Assembly (NCBI GenBank): GCA_963842975.1
Contig: CAWJIH010000011.1
Span: 22,046-86,045 of the forward strand
Source of the DNA: an uncultured Actinomycetes bacterium
GTDB taxonomy: Bacteria > Actinomycetota > Actinomycetes > S36-B12 > UBA10799
Length of the DNA stretch: 64,000 nt
Direction of reading: 5' to 3'
Numbering within the stretch: the stretch's first letter is position 1; each line of letters opens with the position of its first letter. The notes under the pieces were generated by a model. The model saw only the letters and a program-made list of their open reading frames with translations. It ran no database searches and was not told where the DNA came from. Shown in pieces: positions 1 to 9,925 of the stretch. The position numbers and the translations under genes were made by a program.

Positions 1-207
1 GATCTCCGACCGTGGGCAGCCGGCCTCGGCGAACCGGTCCCGTACGGTTTCTGCCGCGCGGCGGATTTCGGCGGGGTCGAATCCTGGGAACGCGATCCCG
101 GGGATTCGCACCAGCCCCTTCAGGACCTCGATCGATTCGGGGACAACCTGCGCGACCCGAGCTTTCAGGTCGGCAACAGTGGCGGCGTCAGTCGTGGCAC
201 TTGTCAT
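1..207 (-). CDS. N-terminal fragment of a probable M20-family metallopeptidase/dipeptidase (gene runs off the window)
   Basis: Absent from the ORF track because there is no stop in the window. Reverse-strand ATG at 207..205 opens MTSATTDAATVADLKARVAQVVPESIEVLKGLVRIPGIAFPGFDPAEIRRAAETVRDRF with high GC3. Family assignment rests on recalled N-terminal similarity only. Confidence 0.35.
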   Translation of the reverse strand, partial: MTSATTDAATVADLKARVAQVVPESIEVLKGLVRIPGIAFPGFDPAEIRRAAETVRDRFAEAGCPRSEI

Positions 208-283
208 GGGAAGACCCTAGGAGTCGACGCATGATCAACGCTACCCCTGATGCGGCCAATTCCGGTGCTCTTGCCAGGGGTGG

Positions 284-1069
284 TCAGTCCGCCACCCACG
301 GGGGCGACGTCCGGGAGAGGAAAGCGGTCATACCTGCACGTGCTTCGTCGGAGGCGAACAGTTGCGCTGAAAGGTCAGCCGTCCACCCAAACGCCTCGAT
401 ACGGGACATAGTCGGAACCTTCCGGAGCAACTCCTTGGTGGCCGCCAACGCCTGCGGCCCACCCTTCGCCAGTTGCCCAACCAACGTCGCCACCTCGGCG
501 TCGAGCGCGGCTGCGGCCACCACCCGGTTGATCATGCCCGCCTGTTGCACTCGCTCGGCCAGCACGCGTTCACCGGTGAGGAGCAACTCGTAGGCATCAG
601 CCGGATGCAGTTTGGCCAAACAGACCACCGAGATCACAGCGGGCGCTACTCCGACGCGCACTTCGGAGAACGCAAACTTGGCTGTGTCTGCGGCCACCGC
701 AAGATCGCACGCGGCGACCAAACCATTGCCGCCCCCAGCAACATGGCCCTGGACCTTGGCAATTGTGGGTTTGGGGTGATCCAACAAGTCCTCCAACAGG
801 CCGACGAGAGCCCGCGGGCCGGAACCGGCGAAGGAATCCGCATCCGCGCTCGTGGCACCAGCCAGATCCGCGCCAGCGCAGAACGTGTTGCCGGTGCCGG
901 TGAGCACCACCACCCGCACGGCATCGTCGGCTGCCGCATCCGCCAGCGCACCTCGCATCCCTGCGATTGAGGCAGCATCCAGGACATTGCGCCGCTCTGG
1001 GTTGTCAATGGTCACCGTGGCAACGCCGGCCTGCGTTTCGTAACGAATGGCCGAACCGTCCGCGCTCAT
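284..1069 (-). CDS. enoyl-CoA hydratase/isomerase (crotonase) family protein
   Basis: ORF 284..1174. The conserved part starts at MSADGSAIRYETQAGVATVTIDNPERRNVLD. ATG at 1069 overlaps the stop of the upstream acyl-CoA dehydrogenase (ATGA). Has the crotonase FCAGADL motif. Confidence 0.85.
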   Translation of the reverse strand: MSADGSAIRYETQAGVATVTIDNPERRNVLDAASIAGMRGALADAAADDAVRVVVLTGTGNTFCAGADLAGATSADADSFAGSGPRALVGLLEDLLDHPKPTIAKVQGHVAGGGNGLVAACDLAVAADTAKFAFSEVRVGVAPAVISVVCLAKLHPADAYELLLTGERVLAERVQQAGMINRVVAAAALDAEVATLVGQLAKGGPQALAATKELLRKVPTMSRIEAFGWTADLSAQLFASDEARAGMTAFLSRTSPPWVAD

Positions 1070-2214
1070 TTGCGACCCATCCCTTCCAGCATCGTGATCA
1101 CTCGCAACATCACCTCGTCGGCACCCCCACCGATGGAAGTCAGTCTGGCATCGCGGTAGTAGCGCGACGGCCACATCTCTTCGGCGTAACCCATGCCGCC
1201 ATGGAATTGCACGCAGGCGTCGGCGACCTCACGCTGCAGTCGCCCGCATTTGAGTTTCGCGACCGTCGCCTGCCGGGTCACGTCGTCACCGTCGGCGGCC
1301 GCGAAGGCCGCGGCCCGGCAGTAGGTCTGCAGCAGATCCACTTCCGCATAGAGTTCCGCCAGCCGGTACTGCAGGTACTGATTGGCCAGCAGCGGTTTGC
1401 CGAAGGCGTCGCGGGCCCGCAAGTATTCTTTGGTGCGGTCCAGCGCCCGGCGTGCGGAGGCCACGCTCATGTAGGCACCAATGAGCCGCTCGTCCTGGAA
1501 CTGGGCCATCTGCTGTTGGAACCCACGGCCGATTTCGCCAACCGTGTTGGCCACGGGCACCCGAACCTCGTCGAAGACCAACTCGGCGGTGTCGGACGAG
1601 CGATTTCCCATCTTGTCGATCTTTCGACCAACGGAGAATCCAGGAGTATCGGTGGGCACCACGATCATGGACATTCCGGCATATCCCCCCTCATCGGAGG
1701 TCCGGGCCAGCAGGCACAACCAGTCCGCCTGGGTACCGTTGGTGATCCACATCTTGCGGCCGGTGATCACCCAATCGTCGCCGTCGCGCACCGCTCGAGT
1801 TCGGATCCCTGCCACGTCCGATCCGGCATCCGGTTCCGAGACAGCAATGCTCGCCACGTGTTCGCCGCGCATGGCCGGCACCAGGTAGTTCTGCTTGAGT
1901 TCCTCGGTGCCGAAGCGGTGCAACGCCGGGGTTGCCATGCCAACTTGCACCGCGATCGCCAGCGGCACGCCTGCGCAGTCGGCTTTGCCCAACTCTTCAC
2001 CGAGCACCAGGGTGAAGGTGGCGTCGGCGCCCTGTCCGCCGTATTCAACGTCGTATTCAAGGCCCATCGCGCCGATCGCTGCGACCTTGGGAAACAACTC
2101 GTGGGCAGGAAAGACCCCAGCGGCCTCCCATTCGTCGCAGTAGGGATTGATTTCGCGATCCACGAAATCCCGGACGACTTTGCGGAAAGCTTCGTGTTCT
2201 TCGGAGAAGCGCAT
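1066..2214 (-). CDS. acyl-CoA dehydrogenase
   Basis: 382 aa with typical ACAD blocks (SEPDAGSDVAGIRTRAVRDGDDWVITGRKMWITNG; QFHGGMGYAEEMWPSRYYRDARLTSIGGGADEV). Confidence 0.9.
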   Translation of the reverse strand: MRFSEEHEAFRKVVRDFVDREINPYCDEWEAAGVFPAHELFPKVAAIGAMGLEYDVEYGGQGADATFTLVLGEELGKADCAGVPLAIAVQVGMATPALHRFGTEELKQNYLVPAMRGEHVASIAVSEPDAGSDVAGIRTRAVRDGDDWVITGRKMWITNGTQADWLCLLARTSDEGGYAGMSMIVVPTDTPGFSVGRKIDKMGNRSSDTAELVFDEVRVPVANTVGEIGRGFQQQMAQFQDERLIGAYMSVASARRALDRTKEYLRARDAFGKPLLANQYLQYRLAELYAEVDLLQTYCRAAAFAAADGDDVTRQATVAKLKCGRLQREVADACVQFHGGMGYAEEMWPSRYYRDARLTSIGGGADEVMLRVITMLEGMGRK

Positions 2215-2266
2215 CGGGCGATGATCCTTTCGTCGGCGCTTCGATCAGCGCGTGGGTGTGTTGGCG

Positions 2267-2902
2267 TCAGGCCTCGGACCATGTGAGCCCGAGAGCCTGA
2301 AGCCACAGTCTGGTGAGAATCGGGTAGACCTCTTCGGCGTTGTAGCCGGGCGAATGGCGGGCGTATCCCTCGACCATCGCCGAGAGTGCCGCCGCCGCGA
2401 CGTCGGCCGGAAGGTCCTTGGCCACAAGTCCGTGCGACTGCAGCCGACCGATGCCCTCGGCCACGCGTGCGACGTGGTGGGCCCGAAAATCGGCGAGCAG
2501 CGCGGCGAACTCCGCGTCGGAGGTCGCCACCTGCTCCACCACCTGCAGGATCCGCGCGTGTCGGGTGTAGACCTTCAGATAGCGCAGGTTGGCCTCCGCC
2601 ACTCGTGCCGCCGGATCATCGCCCTCGATTCCGCGAAGGTAGCCGCGGACGTCGGTGAGCAGGGAGTCGACAACCTCGGCCAGCAGCGCGGACTTTGAGT
2701 CGAAGTAGACGTAGACGGTTCCGTGGCTGACGCCAGCCCGCGCCGCGACGTCGGACATCGTGGAGTCGTTGAAGCCCTGTTCTTCAAACACCTCTCGGGC
2801 AGCGGCGACGAGCCGTTGGCGGGTGCGGCGGCCCCGATCCGTGAGCGGGACGCGGTCGTCGAGATTGCCCGCGGGCGACCGTGGCGAGAGTCCGTCTTTC
2901 AT
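2267..2902 (-). CDS. TetR/AcrR family transcriptional regulator (inside the carboxylase operon)
   Basis: N-terminal HTH RTRQRLVAAAREVFEEQGFNDSTMSDVAARAGVSHGTVYVYF; 211 aa. Confidence 0.9.
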   Translation of the reverse strand: MKDGLSPRSPAGNLDDRVPLTDRGRRTRQRLVAAAREVFEEQGFNDSTMSDVAARAGVSHGTVYVYFDSKSALLAEVVDSLLTDVRGYLRGIEGDDPAARVAEANLRYLKVYTRHARILQVVEQVATSDAEFAALLADFRAHHVARVAEGIGRLQSHGLVAKDLPADVAAAALSAMVEGYARHSPGYNAEEVYPILTRLWLQALGLTWSEA

Positions 2903-2907
2903 CCGAA

Positions 2908-4959
2908 TCAGCGCACCATCGCCGGCTCAACCAGTTCCGCTGGCACATCAACCATGCGGGAACGCAAATATTCGGCAAGGCTCTTGGCCTGCGGGTCCAC
3001 CGAGGTCGAGTCGGCCACCCCCCGGCCCAAGGCGCCTGGCAACACAATGTTGATCGCACGGAGATTCTCGAACCAGTGGATCTGCACACCGCCGTCGCCC
3101 ACCACATCCCCCAGGAGATCGGCAACGGTGGCTGGGGTGAGAACGCGGCGCAACCAGTCGTAGGCCCGGTCTGCGCGCTCGACGGCGTCCTGCTCCACCG
3201 GCAGCGGCGCGTCCGAGGCCCAGACCGCCGCCGTGTCGTGGAAGTCATCGGCGGTGACCGCCCAGGCCGAAACCTCGCCGGATGCCATCACCAAAGCCTC
3301 AACCTCGGTCGGATCAGGGATCCACACTCCGATGTTCGCGATCCCGCCCTTGTCGCCGGAGCGGGCTCCGGCCACGGCCCCCAGCGGTACGCGCACCACC
3401 TCGCCAGCAGGATCCGGCAAGTGTGCGAATCCGAGGTCCGGATTTGTCGGGGCGTCGCTCTGGCCCGAGGTTTCTGTGGGATCGCCTTGGGTTGGCCGCG
3501 CCGAGGGTACCGAGACGGGTTCGCCATCGATCACAACGTGCTCGGTGACGTGTTCGGGTGCCACCGAAGTCGGCCACAGCACGGCAAAGGGGGTGCCTGC
3601 ACTGGGCGGCGCGGACGCATAGAAACCGGGGTAACTGGACAGTCCGGCTTCGATCAGCGCGGCGGTGATCGGCTTGCCGACCTTGGCTGCGTCCGGATCC
3701 TTGACGGTGATCTTCAGCACCGCCTGGGCCGCTGCCAAGGATGTGGCATCGAGTTGGTCTCGCCGGAGCAGGGCCACGGCAACCTCGGCAACATCCCAGG
3801 TCGAAGCGGCCGCCAGTTCCTTCGGATCACGATCCAACGAGTCGGCCAGCGGGACACCGAGCACCGAACGCAGCACGAGATCGGCCTTGGCCTCGATGTC
3901 CAGCCCGGTGAGCACCAACTCGAAGGTATTGCGGAAGCCACCCAGGCGGGTCATCGCCACTTTCAGCCGATCCGGCGGACGTCGGCCTTCCACTCCAGAA
4001 ATCCGAACCCGGTTGCAGCCGACGAGTTCGCAGCTCAGACGGTCGAAGAGGGCCGTGACATCCGGGGTGGGGTAGCTCGGCTTCCCGACTTCGTAGAGCA
4101 ACTGGGCGGTGACGGTACCAACGCTGACCATGCCGCCGGTGTCCCAGTGCTTGGTGATCACCGACGACCCGTCAGCGGCAACCTCGGCGATGGGGAAGCC
4201 GGGGTGTTCAAGTCCAGGCAGGTCGACGAAGAACGGGTAGTTGCCACCGGTGGCCTGGGCGCCGCATTCAATGACATGACCCGCCACCACCGCACCGGCC
4301 AGCGCGTCGAGGCTGTCCAACTGGTGTAGCTCCCACCCGTGCCACCACGCCGCAGGTCCAACCACGAGGGCGGCATCCGTGACTCGACCCGTGATCACCA
4401 CGTCGGCCCCGGCGGCCAGCGCGGCGACGATCCCGTCGCTGCCCAGGTACGCGTTCGCGGTGAGGGTCGGCCACCCCACATCGTGGTAGGCCTCACCGGT
4501 GTCGAGGTTGCGGAACTCCTCCCCGGATTCCCGCAGACGCTCGACATCTGCCGCAAGGTTGTCGCCGGTCACCACGGCGATTCGCACACCCGCGGGCGCG
4601 AACTCGGCGATGGCGTCGGCGCACCCCTGCGGATCCAGACCGCCAGCGTTGCTGACCACTTTGATGCCGCGGGCTTGGCATTCACCGAGCACTTGCCGCA
4701 TCTGGGTGACGAATGTGCGGGCGTAGCCGGCGCCGCCCTTCATCGCTGATTTGGCCAGGATGGTCATGGTGAGTTCGGCCAACCAGTCACCTGTGAGCAC
4801 ATCGATCGGGCCACCGTTGACCATCTCAGCGGCTGCGGCGATGCGATCACCGTAGAAGCCCGAGCAGTTGGCGATCCGAATCGGGCGACGTCCGCCCGGT
4901 CCAGGGCTAACCGGGGTCGCTGCCGCTGTGGGTGTCAGCGACTCATCTGGCGCGCTCAT
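2908..4959 (-). CDS. AtuA-like (DUF1446) acyclic terpene utilisation family protein, long fused form
   Basis: 683 aa. N-terminus IRIANCSGFYGDRIAAAAEMVNGGPIDVLTGDWLAELTM is typical of AtuA/DUF1446. ATG overlaps the stop of the upstream carboxylase alpha subunit. Confidence 0.7.
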   Translation of the reverse strand: MSAPDESLTPTAAATPVSPGPGGRRPIRIANCSGFYGDRIAAAAEMVNGGPIDVLTGDWLAELTMTILAKSAMKGGAGYARTFVTQMRQVLGECQARGIKVVSNAGGLDPQGCADAIAEFAPAGVRIAVVTGDNLAADVERLRESGEEFRNLDTGEAYHDVGWPTLTANAYLGSDGIVAALAAGADVVITGRVTDAALVVGPAAWWHGWELHQLDSLDALAGAVVAGHVIECGAQATGGNYPFFVDLPGLEHPGFPIAEVAADGSSVITKHWDTGGMVSVGTVTAQLLYEVGKPSYPTPDVTALFDRLSCELVGCNRVRISGVEGRRPPDRLKVAMTRLGGFRNTFELVLTGLDIEAKADLVLRSVLGVPLADSLDRDPKELAAASTWDVAEVAVALLRRDQLDATSLAAAQAVLKITVKDPDAAKVGKPITAALIEAGLSSYPGFYASAPPSAGTPFAVLWPTSVAPEHVTEHVVIDGEPVSVPSARPTQGDPTETSGQSDAPTNPDLGFAHLPDPAGEVVRVPLGAVAGARSGDKGGIANIGVWIPDPTEVEALVMASGEVSAWAVTADDFHDTAAVWASDAPLPVEQDAVERADRAYDWLRRVLTPATVADLLGDVVGDGGVQIHWFENLRAINIVLPGALGRGVADSTSVDPQAKSLAEYLRSRMVDVPAELVEPAMVR

Positions 4960-7100
4960 TCGACGTCCTCTCCGGCGATTAGCCGCACCACAACCTGGTG
5001 GGCCTCGACGCTGTCCCCCACAGCAACCAAAACTTCATCAACCACCCCATCCGCGTCCGCGGTGATGCGGTGCTCCATCTTCATGGCCTCCAGCACCACG
5101 ACCGGGTCGCCAGCAGCAACGGTGACTCCAGGCTCCACGAGTACCGCGGCGATGGTGCCCGGGACCGGAGCGCTCGGCCCGGCCCCGCCGGCCGCGGAGT
5201 CGGAGTCGGGGAAACGCGCCGGCACCTGCCAGACAGAGTGCTCACGTCGATCATCCACCCAAATCTCGAGCGCCGAATCGGGGTTGCCAGGGGTGCCCCC
5301 AGCCGCGGCGGGATAGATCGCCACTCGAGCATCGGTGCGCATGCCCTCGCCGTCGACCACAATCACAACGGCACCGTCGTGGGACACCTCGACGCTGACA
5401 CCCGCAAGCCATTCGACGGCATCGTCGGCCTGCATACCGCGGGTATCTGGCGAGCGGGCGAAACCCCAACTGAAGGCACCGACTGCAGCGGCGGTTGGCA
5501 ACCCCGCCCGGTTCCGGCCGCGCCGACGATGCACAGCCAATCCGGCATCAGCGTCCGCAAGCGCAGCGGCATCGGAGCCGGCCAGCGTGATGCTCACACC
5601 ACCAGGCCGCGGCACGTTGCGCCAGGCGGGGGCCGTCGCGTCACCTGCGGCTACGTCCGGTACCTGCTCACCACTGTGCTGCCACAGCGCCGCCGCGGCT
5701 GCGAGCGCGTGCGCCCGCAGCGTGCGCAGCTCAGGTCGCTGACTGCGCACCTCCGGGTGGTCGGTGAGGAAAGCCGTTGTGGTGACCTCCGATGCGAAGG
5801 CTTCGGACTCAACGATGGACACCAACATGTCGCGATTTGTCGTCACCCCGTGGATGCGAGCAGTCCTGAGTCCGGCGCTGAGTCTGGCAGCGGCCACCCG
5901 GCGCGACTCCCCATGAGCAATGACTTTCGCGAGCATCGGGTCGTAGTAGGGCGAAACGACCGAACCAGAAGTCACCCCGGTATCCACCCGAATTCGTGCG
6001 TCGTCGACATCGAAGACGCGGAGTTCGCCGGTACTGGGCAGATCGTCGTTGCGGGCATCCTCGGCGTAGAGCCGGACCTCGATTGCGTGCCCATTGGGCT
6101 CCGACGGCCAGTCGGTGAGCGCCCTTCCTTCGGCCACGTCCAACTGCCAGCCCACAAGATCCACGCCGGTGATCTCTTCCGTGACCGGGTGCTCCACCTG
6201 CAGCCTGGTGTTCATCTCCAGGAAGTAGTAGTCGTGACCATCCACGAGGAACTCCACGGTGCCGGCACCGAGGTAGTTGATCGCCTTGGCAGCGGCGACA
6301 GCAGCGGTGTGCAGGCCGTTGCGAACCACTGGGTCGAGGTTGGCGGCGGGCGCCTCTTCGACCACCTTCTGGTGTCGGCGTTGAATCGAGCATTCACGTT
6401 CGAACAGATGACCCACGTTTCCGTGCTGATCGCCGAACACCTGCACCTCGACGTGCCGAGCGGTGGGCAGAAATCGCTCCAGGAACACAGTCGGGTCGCC
6501 GAAGGCCGAGGCCGCTTCACGTCGGGCCGCCGCCACCGCCTCGGAGAGTTCCGAGGCGAGCGTGACCACCCGCATACCCTTGCCACCGCCGCCCGCGCTG
6601 GCCTTCACCATCAGCGGGTAGCCGACCGAATCTCCGGCCGCGACGAGATCCGCATCGGCGACGTCCGCTGCCAGTTCGGCGCCCGGCACAAGGGGTACGC
6701 CGGCCGCGGCCACCAGTCGTTTGGCCGGCACCTTTTCGGCCATCGCTGCGATCGACTCCGGCGCCGGACCCACCCAGATCAGTCCGGCGTCGAGTACCGC
6801 CTTGGCAAAGGCCGCGTTTTCGCTGAGGAATCCGTAGCCGGGGTGCACCGCGTCGGCGCCGGCCGCAGCAGCGGCCGCAAGCACCTTCGCGGTGTCGAGA
6901 TAGGACTCGGTGCTGGTGTTGCCGCCAAGTGCGACGGCAAGGTCGGCCTCGGTGACGAATGGGGCCTGGGCGTCCGGGTCGCTGTAGACCGCGATGCAGG
7001 TGATGCCGCGGGCCTGGGCGGTCTGCATGATCCGGCGTGCGATTTCACCCCGGTTGGCGATCAGGAGCCTGGTGATGGTTCGGGGGGAGGTCATGGTCAT
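4956..7100 (-). CDS. acyl-CoA carboxylase alpha subunit (biotin carboxylase + biotin carboxyl carrier domain)
   Basis: ORF 4956..7160. Likely start MTMTSPRTITRLLIANRGEIARRI at 7100, which overlaps the beta-subunit stop. ATP-grasp GGGGKGMRVV; C-terminal biotinylation motif EAMKME. Confidence 0.9.
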   Translation of the reverse strand: MTMTSPRTITRLLIANRGEIARRIMQTAQARGITCIAVYSDPDAQAPFVTEADLAVALGGNTSTESYLDTAKVLAAAAAAGADAVHPGYGFLSENAAFAKAVLDAGLIWVGPAPESIAAMAEKVPAKRLVAAAGVPLVPGAELAADVADADLVAAGDSVGYPLMVKASAGGGGKGMRVVTLASELSEAVAAARREAASAFGDPTVFLERFLPTARHVEVQVFGDQHGNVGHLFERECSIQRRHQKVVEEAPAANLDPVVRNGLHTAAVAAAKAINYLGAGTVEFLVDGHDYYFLEMNTRLQVEHPVTEEITGVDLVGWQLDVAEGRALTDWPSEPNGHAIEVRLYAEDARNDDLPSTGELRVFDVDDARIRVDTGVTSGSVVSPYYDPMLAKVIAHGESRRVAAARLSAGLRTARIHGVTTNRDMLVSIVESEAFASEVTTTAFLTDHPEVRSQRPELRTLRAHALAAAAALWQHSGEQVPDVAAGDATAPAWRNVPRPGGVSITLAGSDAAALADADAGLAVHRRRGRNRAGLPTAAAVGAFSWGFARSPDTRGMQADDAVEWLAGVSVEVSHDGAVVIVVDGEGMRTDARVAIYPAAAGGTPGNPDSALEIWVDDRREHSVWQVPARFPDSDSAAGGAGPSAPVPGTIAAVLVEPGVTVAAGDPVVVLEAMKMEHRITADADGVVDEVLVAVGDSVEAHQVVVRLIAGEDVE

Positions 7101-8725
7101 CACATCCGGAAGACGCCGAAGCCGGCGGGGTCGGAGTTGGGAACGCCCGGGTCTGCGCACGCGGCGAGGGCCAGCGCCAGCACGGTGCGCGAGTCTGCGG
7201 GATCGATGATGCCGTCATCCCAGAGTCGACCGGTGGCGTACAGCGCGGTGGACTGGCTTTCAACCTGCTGTTCGAAGGCATCCCGCATGGGCGCGAAGGC
7301 CGCTTCGTCGAAGGCGTCACCAGCCTTCTGCCGAGCCACGATTGTGAGCACCCCCGCCAGCTGTTTGGCGCCCATCACCGCGATCCGGTGGTTGGGCCAG
7401 GTGAACACGAAGCGTGGATCGTATGCCCGACCCGACATGCCATAGTTTCCGGCGCCGTAGGAGGCGCCCATCATCAGCGTCAGGTGAGGCACGGTGGAAT
7501 TCGACACCGCGTTGATCAGTTTTGCGCCATCTTTGATGATCCCGCCCTGTTCATATTTGGTGCCCACCATGAAGCCGGTGATGTTCTGCAGGAACAGCAA
7601 CGGGGTGCGGCTGCGGTTGCACAGTTGGATGAATTGCGATCCCTTCTGTGCTTCTTCGCTGAACAGAATGCCGTTGTTGGCGAGGATGCCCACCGGCCGC
7701 CCGGCCAGCGTTGCCCAGCCGGTCACCAGCGTGGTGCCGTACAGCGGCTTGAACTCTTCGAATCGACTGCCGTCGACAATGCGTGCGATCACCTCGCGCG
7801 CCTCGAAGGGGATTCGGACTTCCGCGCTGGCGATGCCGCGGAGCTCGGCCGGGTCGTAGCGGGGTGGATCGATTCGGTGGGCCGATGTGGTGTTCGCGTC
7901 GGCGGGCCAGTTCAGGTGAGCCACGATGTCACGGCCGATTCGGATCGCATCTGCCTCGTCATCGGCGAGGTAGTCGGCCAGCCCGGATGTGCGCGCGTGC
8001 ATCTCGGCCCCGCCGAGGGTCTCTTCGTCGGCGTCTTCGTCGATCGCCATCTTCACCAACGGCGGACCGCCGAGGAAGACTTTGGCCGCCTCCCGCTGCA
8101 TCACCACGTAGTCGCTCATACCGGGCACGTAGGCGCCGCCGGCAGTACTTGAGCCGAATACCAGCGTGATGGTGGGGATTCCGGCGGCGCTGAGTTGGGT
8201 GAGGTTGCGAAAACTGGCACCCCCGGGAACGAAGATCTCGGCCTGTTTGGGCAGGTCGGCACCACCGGATTCGGTGAGGTTGATCAGCGGCAGGCGATTG
8301 TGCCGAGCGATGTCCATGGCCCGCAGGCCCTTCATCACCGAGGACGGTCCCTGTGCGCCGCCCTTCACGGTGGGGTCGTTTGCCACGATCATGCACCGCA
8401 CACCACTTACGGTGCCGATGCCCGTGACCATTCCGGCCCCAAGCGGATCATCGGTCCCCCATCCCGCTAGCGGACTCAACTCGAGGAAGGGGCTCCCGCG
8501 GTCGAGCAGCAAGTCGATCCGTTCCCGGGGCAGCAACTTGCCCCGCGCCCGGAGCCGGGAGACGGACTTGGCGTTCTTGGCGGCGTCCGCCGAGCCACCC
8601 CCGCCCACAACCTGGGAGAGTAAATCGTCGATTTCTGCCAGAGCCGCAAGCATCGCTTCCTCGTTGGCTGCGAATACGGCATCACGAGGATCGATAGCCG
8701 TGCGAATCGGGCGCCCAACACTCAT
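7100..8725 (-). CDS. acyl-CoA carboxylase carboxyltransferase (beta) subunit, methylcrotonyl-/geranyl-CoA carboxylase-like
   Basis: 541 aa carboxyltransferase two-domain protein, first gene of the operon. Substrate cannot be assigned from sequence. Confidence 0.85.
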   Translation of the reverse strand: MSVGRPIRTAIDPRDAVFAANEEAMLAALAEIDDLLSQVVGGGGSADAAKNAKSVSRLRARGKLLPRERIDLLLDRGSPFLELSPLAGWGTDDPLGAGMVTGIGTVSGVRCMIVANDPTVKGGAQGPSSVMKGLRAMDIARHNRLPLINLTESGGADLPKQAEIFVPGGASFRNLTQLSAAGIPTITLVFGSSTAGGAYVPGMSDYVVMQREAAKVFLGGPPLVKMAIDEDADEETLGGAEMHARTSGLADYLADDEADAIRIGRDIVAHLNWPADANTTSAHRIDPPRYDPAELRGIASAEVRIPFEAREVIARIVDGSRFEEFKPLYGTTLVTGWATLAGRPVGILANNGILFSEEAQKGSQFIQLCNRSRTPLLFLQNITGFMVGTKYEQGGIIKDGAKLINAVSNSTVPHLTLMMGASYGAGNYGMSGRAYDPRFVFTWPNHRIAVMGAKQLAGVLTIVARQKAGDAFDEAAFAPMRDAFEQQVESQSTALYATGRLWDDGIIDPADSRTVLALALAACADPGVPNSDPAGFGVFRM

Positions 8726-8727
8726 GA

Positions 8728-8762
8728 GTTGACGTTAGTGTCAACTTGACGACTGCGTCAAG
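8728..8762. promoter_or_regulatory. two adjacent palindromic operator candidates (TTGAC-N6-GTCAA twice)
   Basis: GTTGAC gttagt GTCAAC (8728-8745) and CTTGACG actg CGTCAAG (8745-8762), centres 17 bp apart. They begin 3 nt upstream of the carboxylase operon start codon (8725). Confidence 0.45.
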
Positions 8763-8836
8763 TCTTTCCCAACGGCACGCCGGAACACCTGACCGGAACA
8801 GCCTCGTTCACAACCCCGGCGGGCTAGTGTGAACGC

Positions 8837-9913
8837 GTGTCGCAACTTGACAACGAGGACGACGGCTACGCCGGGACCCTGCACCAGCCCGAACGACGGC
8901 TCTCGCCGGGAGCTCAGGTCGCACTACGCGCCCTGGTCGCGGCGGCGTGCTTGGCCACCGCCACCATCGTCACGTACGTGGGACGATCCGGCTACAGCGA
9001 CTCAAGTGGCCAACCCATCACCTGGTTGAGCGCCCTTTACTACGCAACGGTGTCACTCTCAACCACCGGCTACGGCGACATTGCGCCGGTGACACCCGAG
9101 GCTCGGCTGCTCAACGTCGTCGTCATCACGCCGCTACGGGTGCTGTTCCTGATCGTCCTGGTCGGCACCACCATCGAAGTCCTCACCCGGCGCACCCGGG
9201 AGTTGTACTCGGAGAAGAAATGGAGGCAACGGGTGGACCATCACACCGTCATCATCGGTTTTGGCGTCAAGGGCCGGTCCGCGGTCGCAATGCTGCTGCA
9301 ATCCGGTGAACGACCGAAACAGATAGTGGTGGTGACCACCGATCCATTGGCGGTCCAGGATGCCACCCGGATGGGGGTCATGGCGGTGCTCGGCGACGCC
9401 CGACGCGACGACATCCTCCGACAGGCCGAGATCAGCAAGGCCGACAACGTGATCGTCGCGGCCGATGAAGACGACACCACGGTGCTGATCACCCTGAGCG
9501 TCAAGCGGTTGAATCCCCGGGCGAACGTGGTCGCTGCTGCCCGGGAGTCTGTCAACTCCGACCTCATCCGCTCCTCCGGGGCCACCAACGTCATCCCCAC
9601 TGCGGAAGCCTCCGGGCAACTGCTCGGGCTTGCCACCATCGCACCCGAAGCGGGTGTGTTCATGGAAGACCTGCTCGACCCAGCCAAAGGTTTGGAGGTG
9701 GCCCAACGCAAGGCCACCCGGGACGAGATTGGCTTGGCACCGGCAGCGCTGCGGGAACGAGGGCAGATCGCCCTGGCGGTGATTCGGGACGGGCAGATGT
9801 TCCGATTCGACGAGCCAGGAATCAAAGTCCTGCAACGCGACGATCAGCTGATCGTCATCGCGCCCTCTCGCTACGGCAAGGACCACCGGGGATCCGAGCG
9901 CCACAGTCGCTGA
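8837..9913 (+). CDS. 2-TM potassium channel with C-terminal RCK/TrkA-N domain
   Basis: Selectivity filter SLSTTGYGDIAPV between two hydrophobic helices, followed by Rossmann-type HTVIIGFGVKGRS. Confidence 0.85.
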   Translation: MSQLDNEDDGYAGTLHQPERRLSPGAQVALRALVAAACLATATIVTYVGRSGYSDSSGQPITWLSALYYATVSLSTTGYGDIAPVTPEARLLNVVVITPLRVLFLIVLVGTTIEVLTRRTRELYSEKKWRQRVDHHTVIIGFGVKGRSAVAMLLQSGERPKQIVVVTTDPLAVQDATRMGVMAVLGDARRDDILRQAEISKADNVIVAADEDDTTVLITLSVKRLNPRANVVAAARESVNSDLIRSSGATNVIPTAEASGQLLGLATIAPEAGVFMEDLLDPAKGLEVAQRKATRDEIGLAPAALRERGQIALAVIRDGQMFRFDEPGIKVLQRDDQLIVIAPSRYGKDHRGSERHSR

Positions 9914-9925
9914 ACGGCGACCCGT

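Noticed and set aside
4998-7445. 815-aa ORF on the plus strand. Similar long antisense ORFs include 967..2286, 2881..4329, 9134..10051, 19729..20751, 23915..24799, 26372..27286, 28309..29172 and 40157..40969.
   Set aside because: They lie antisense to genes with clear family motifs. They are Arg/Gly/His-rich with no recognisable domains. This is the stop-codon-poor antisense frame expected in high-GC DNA.
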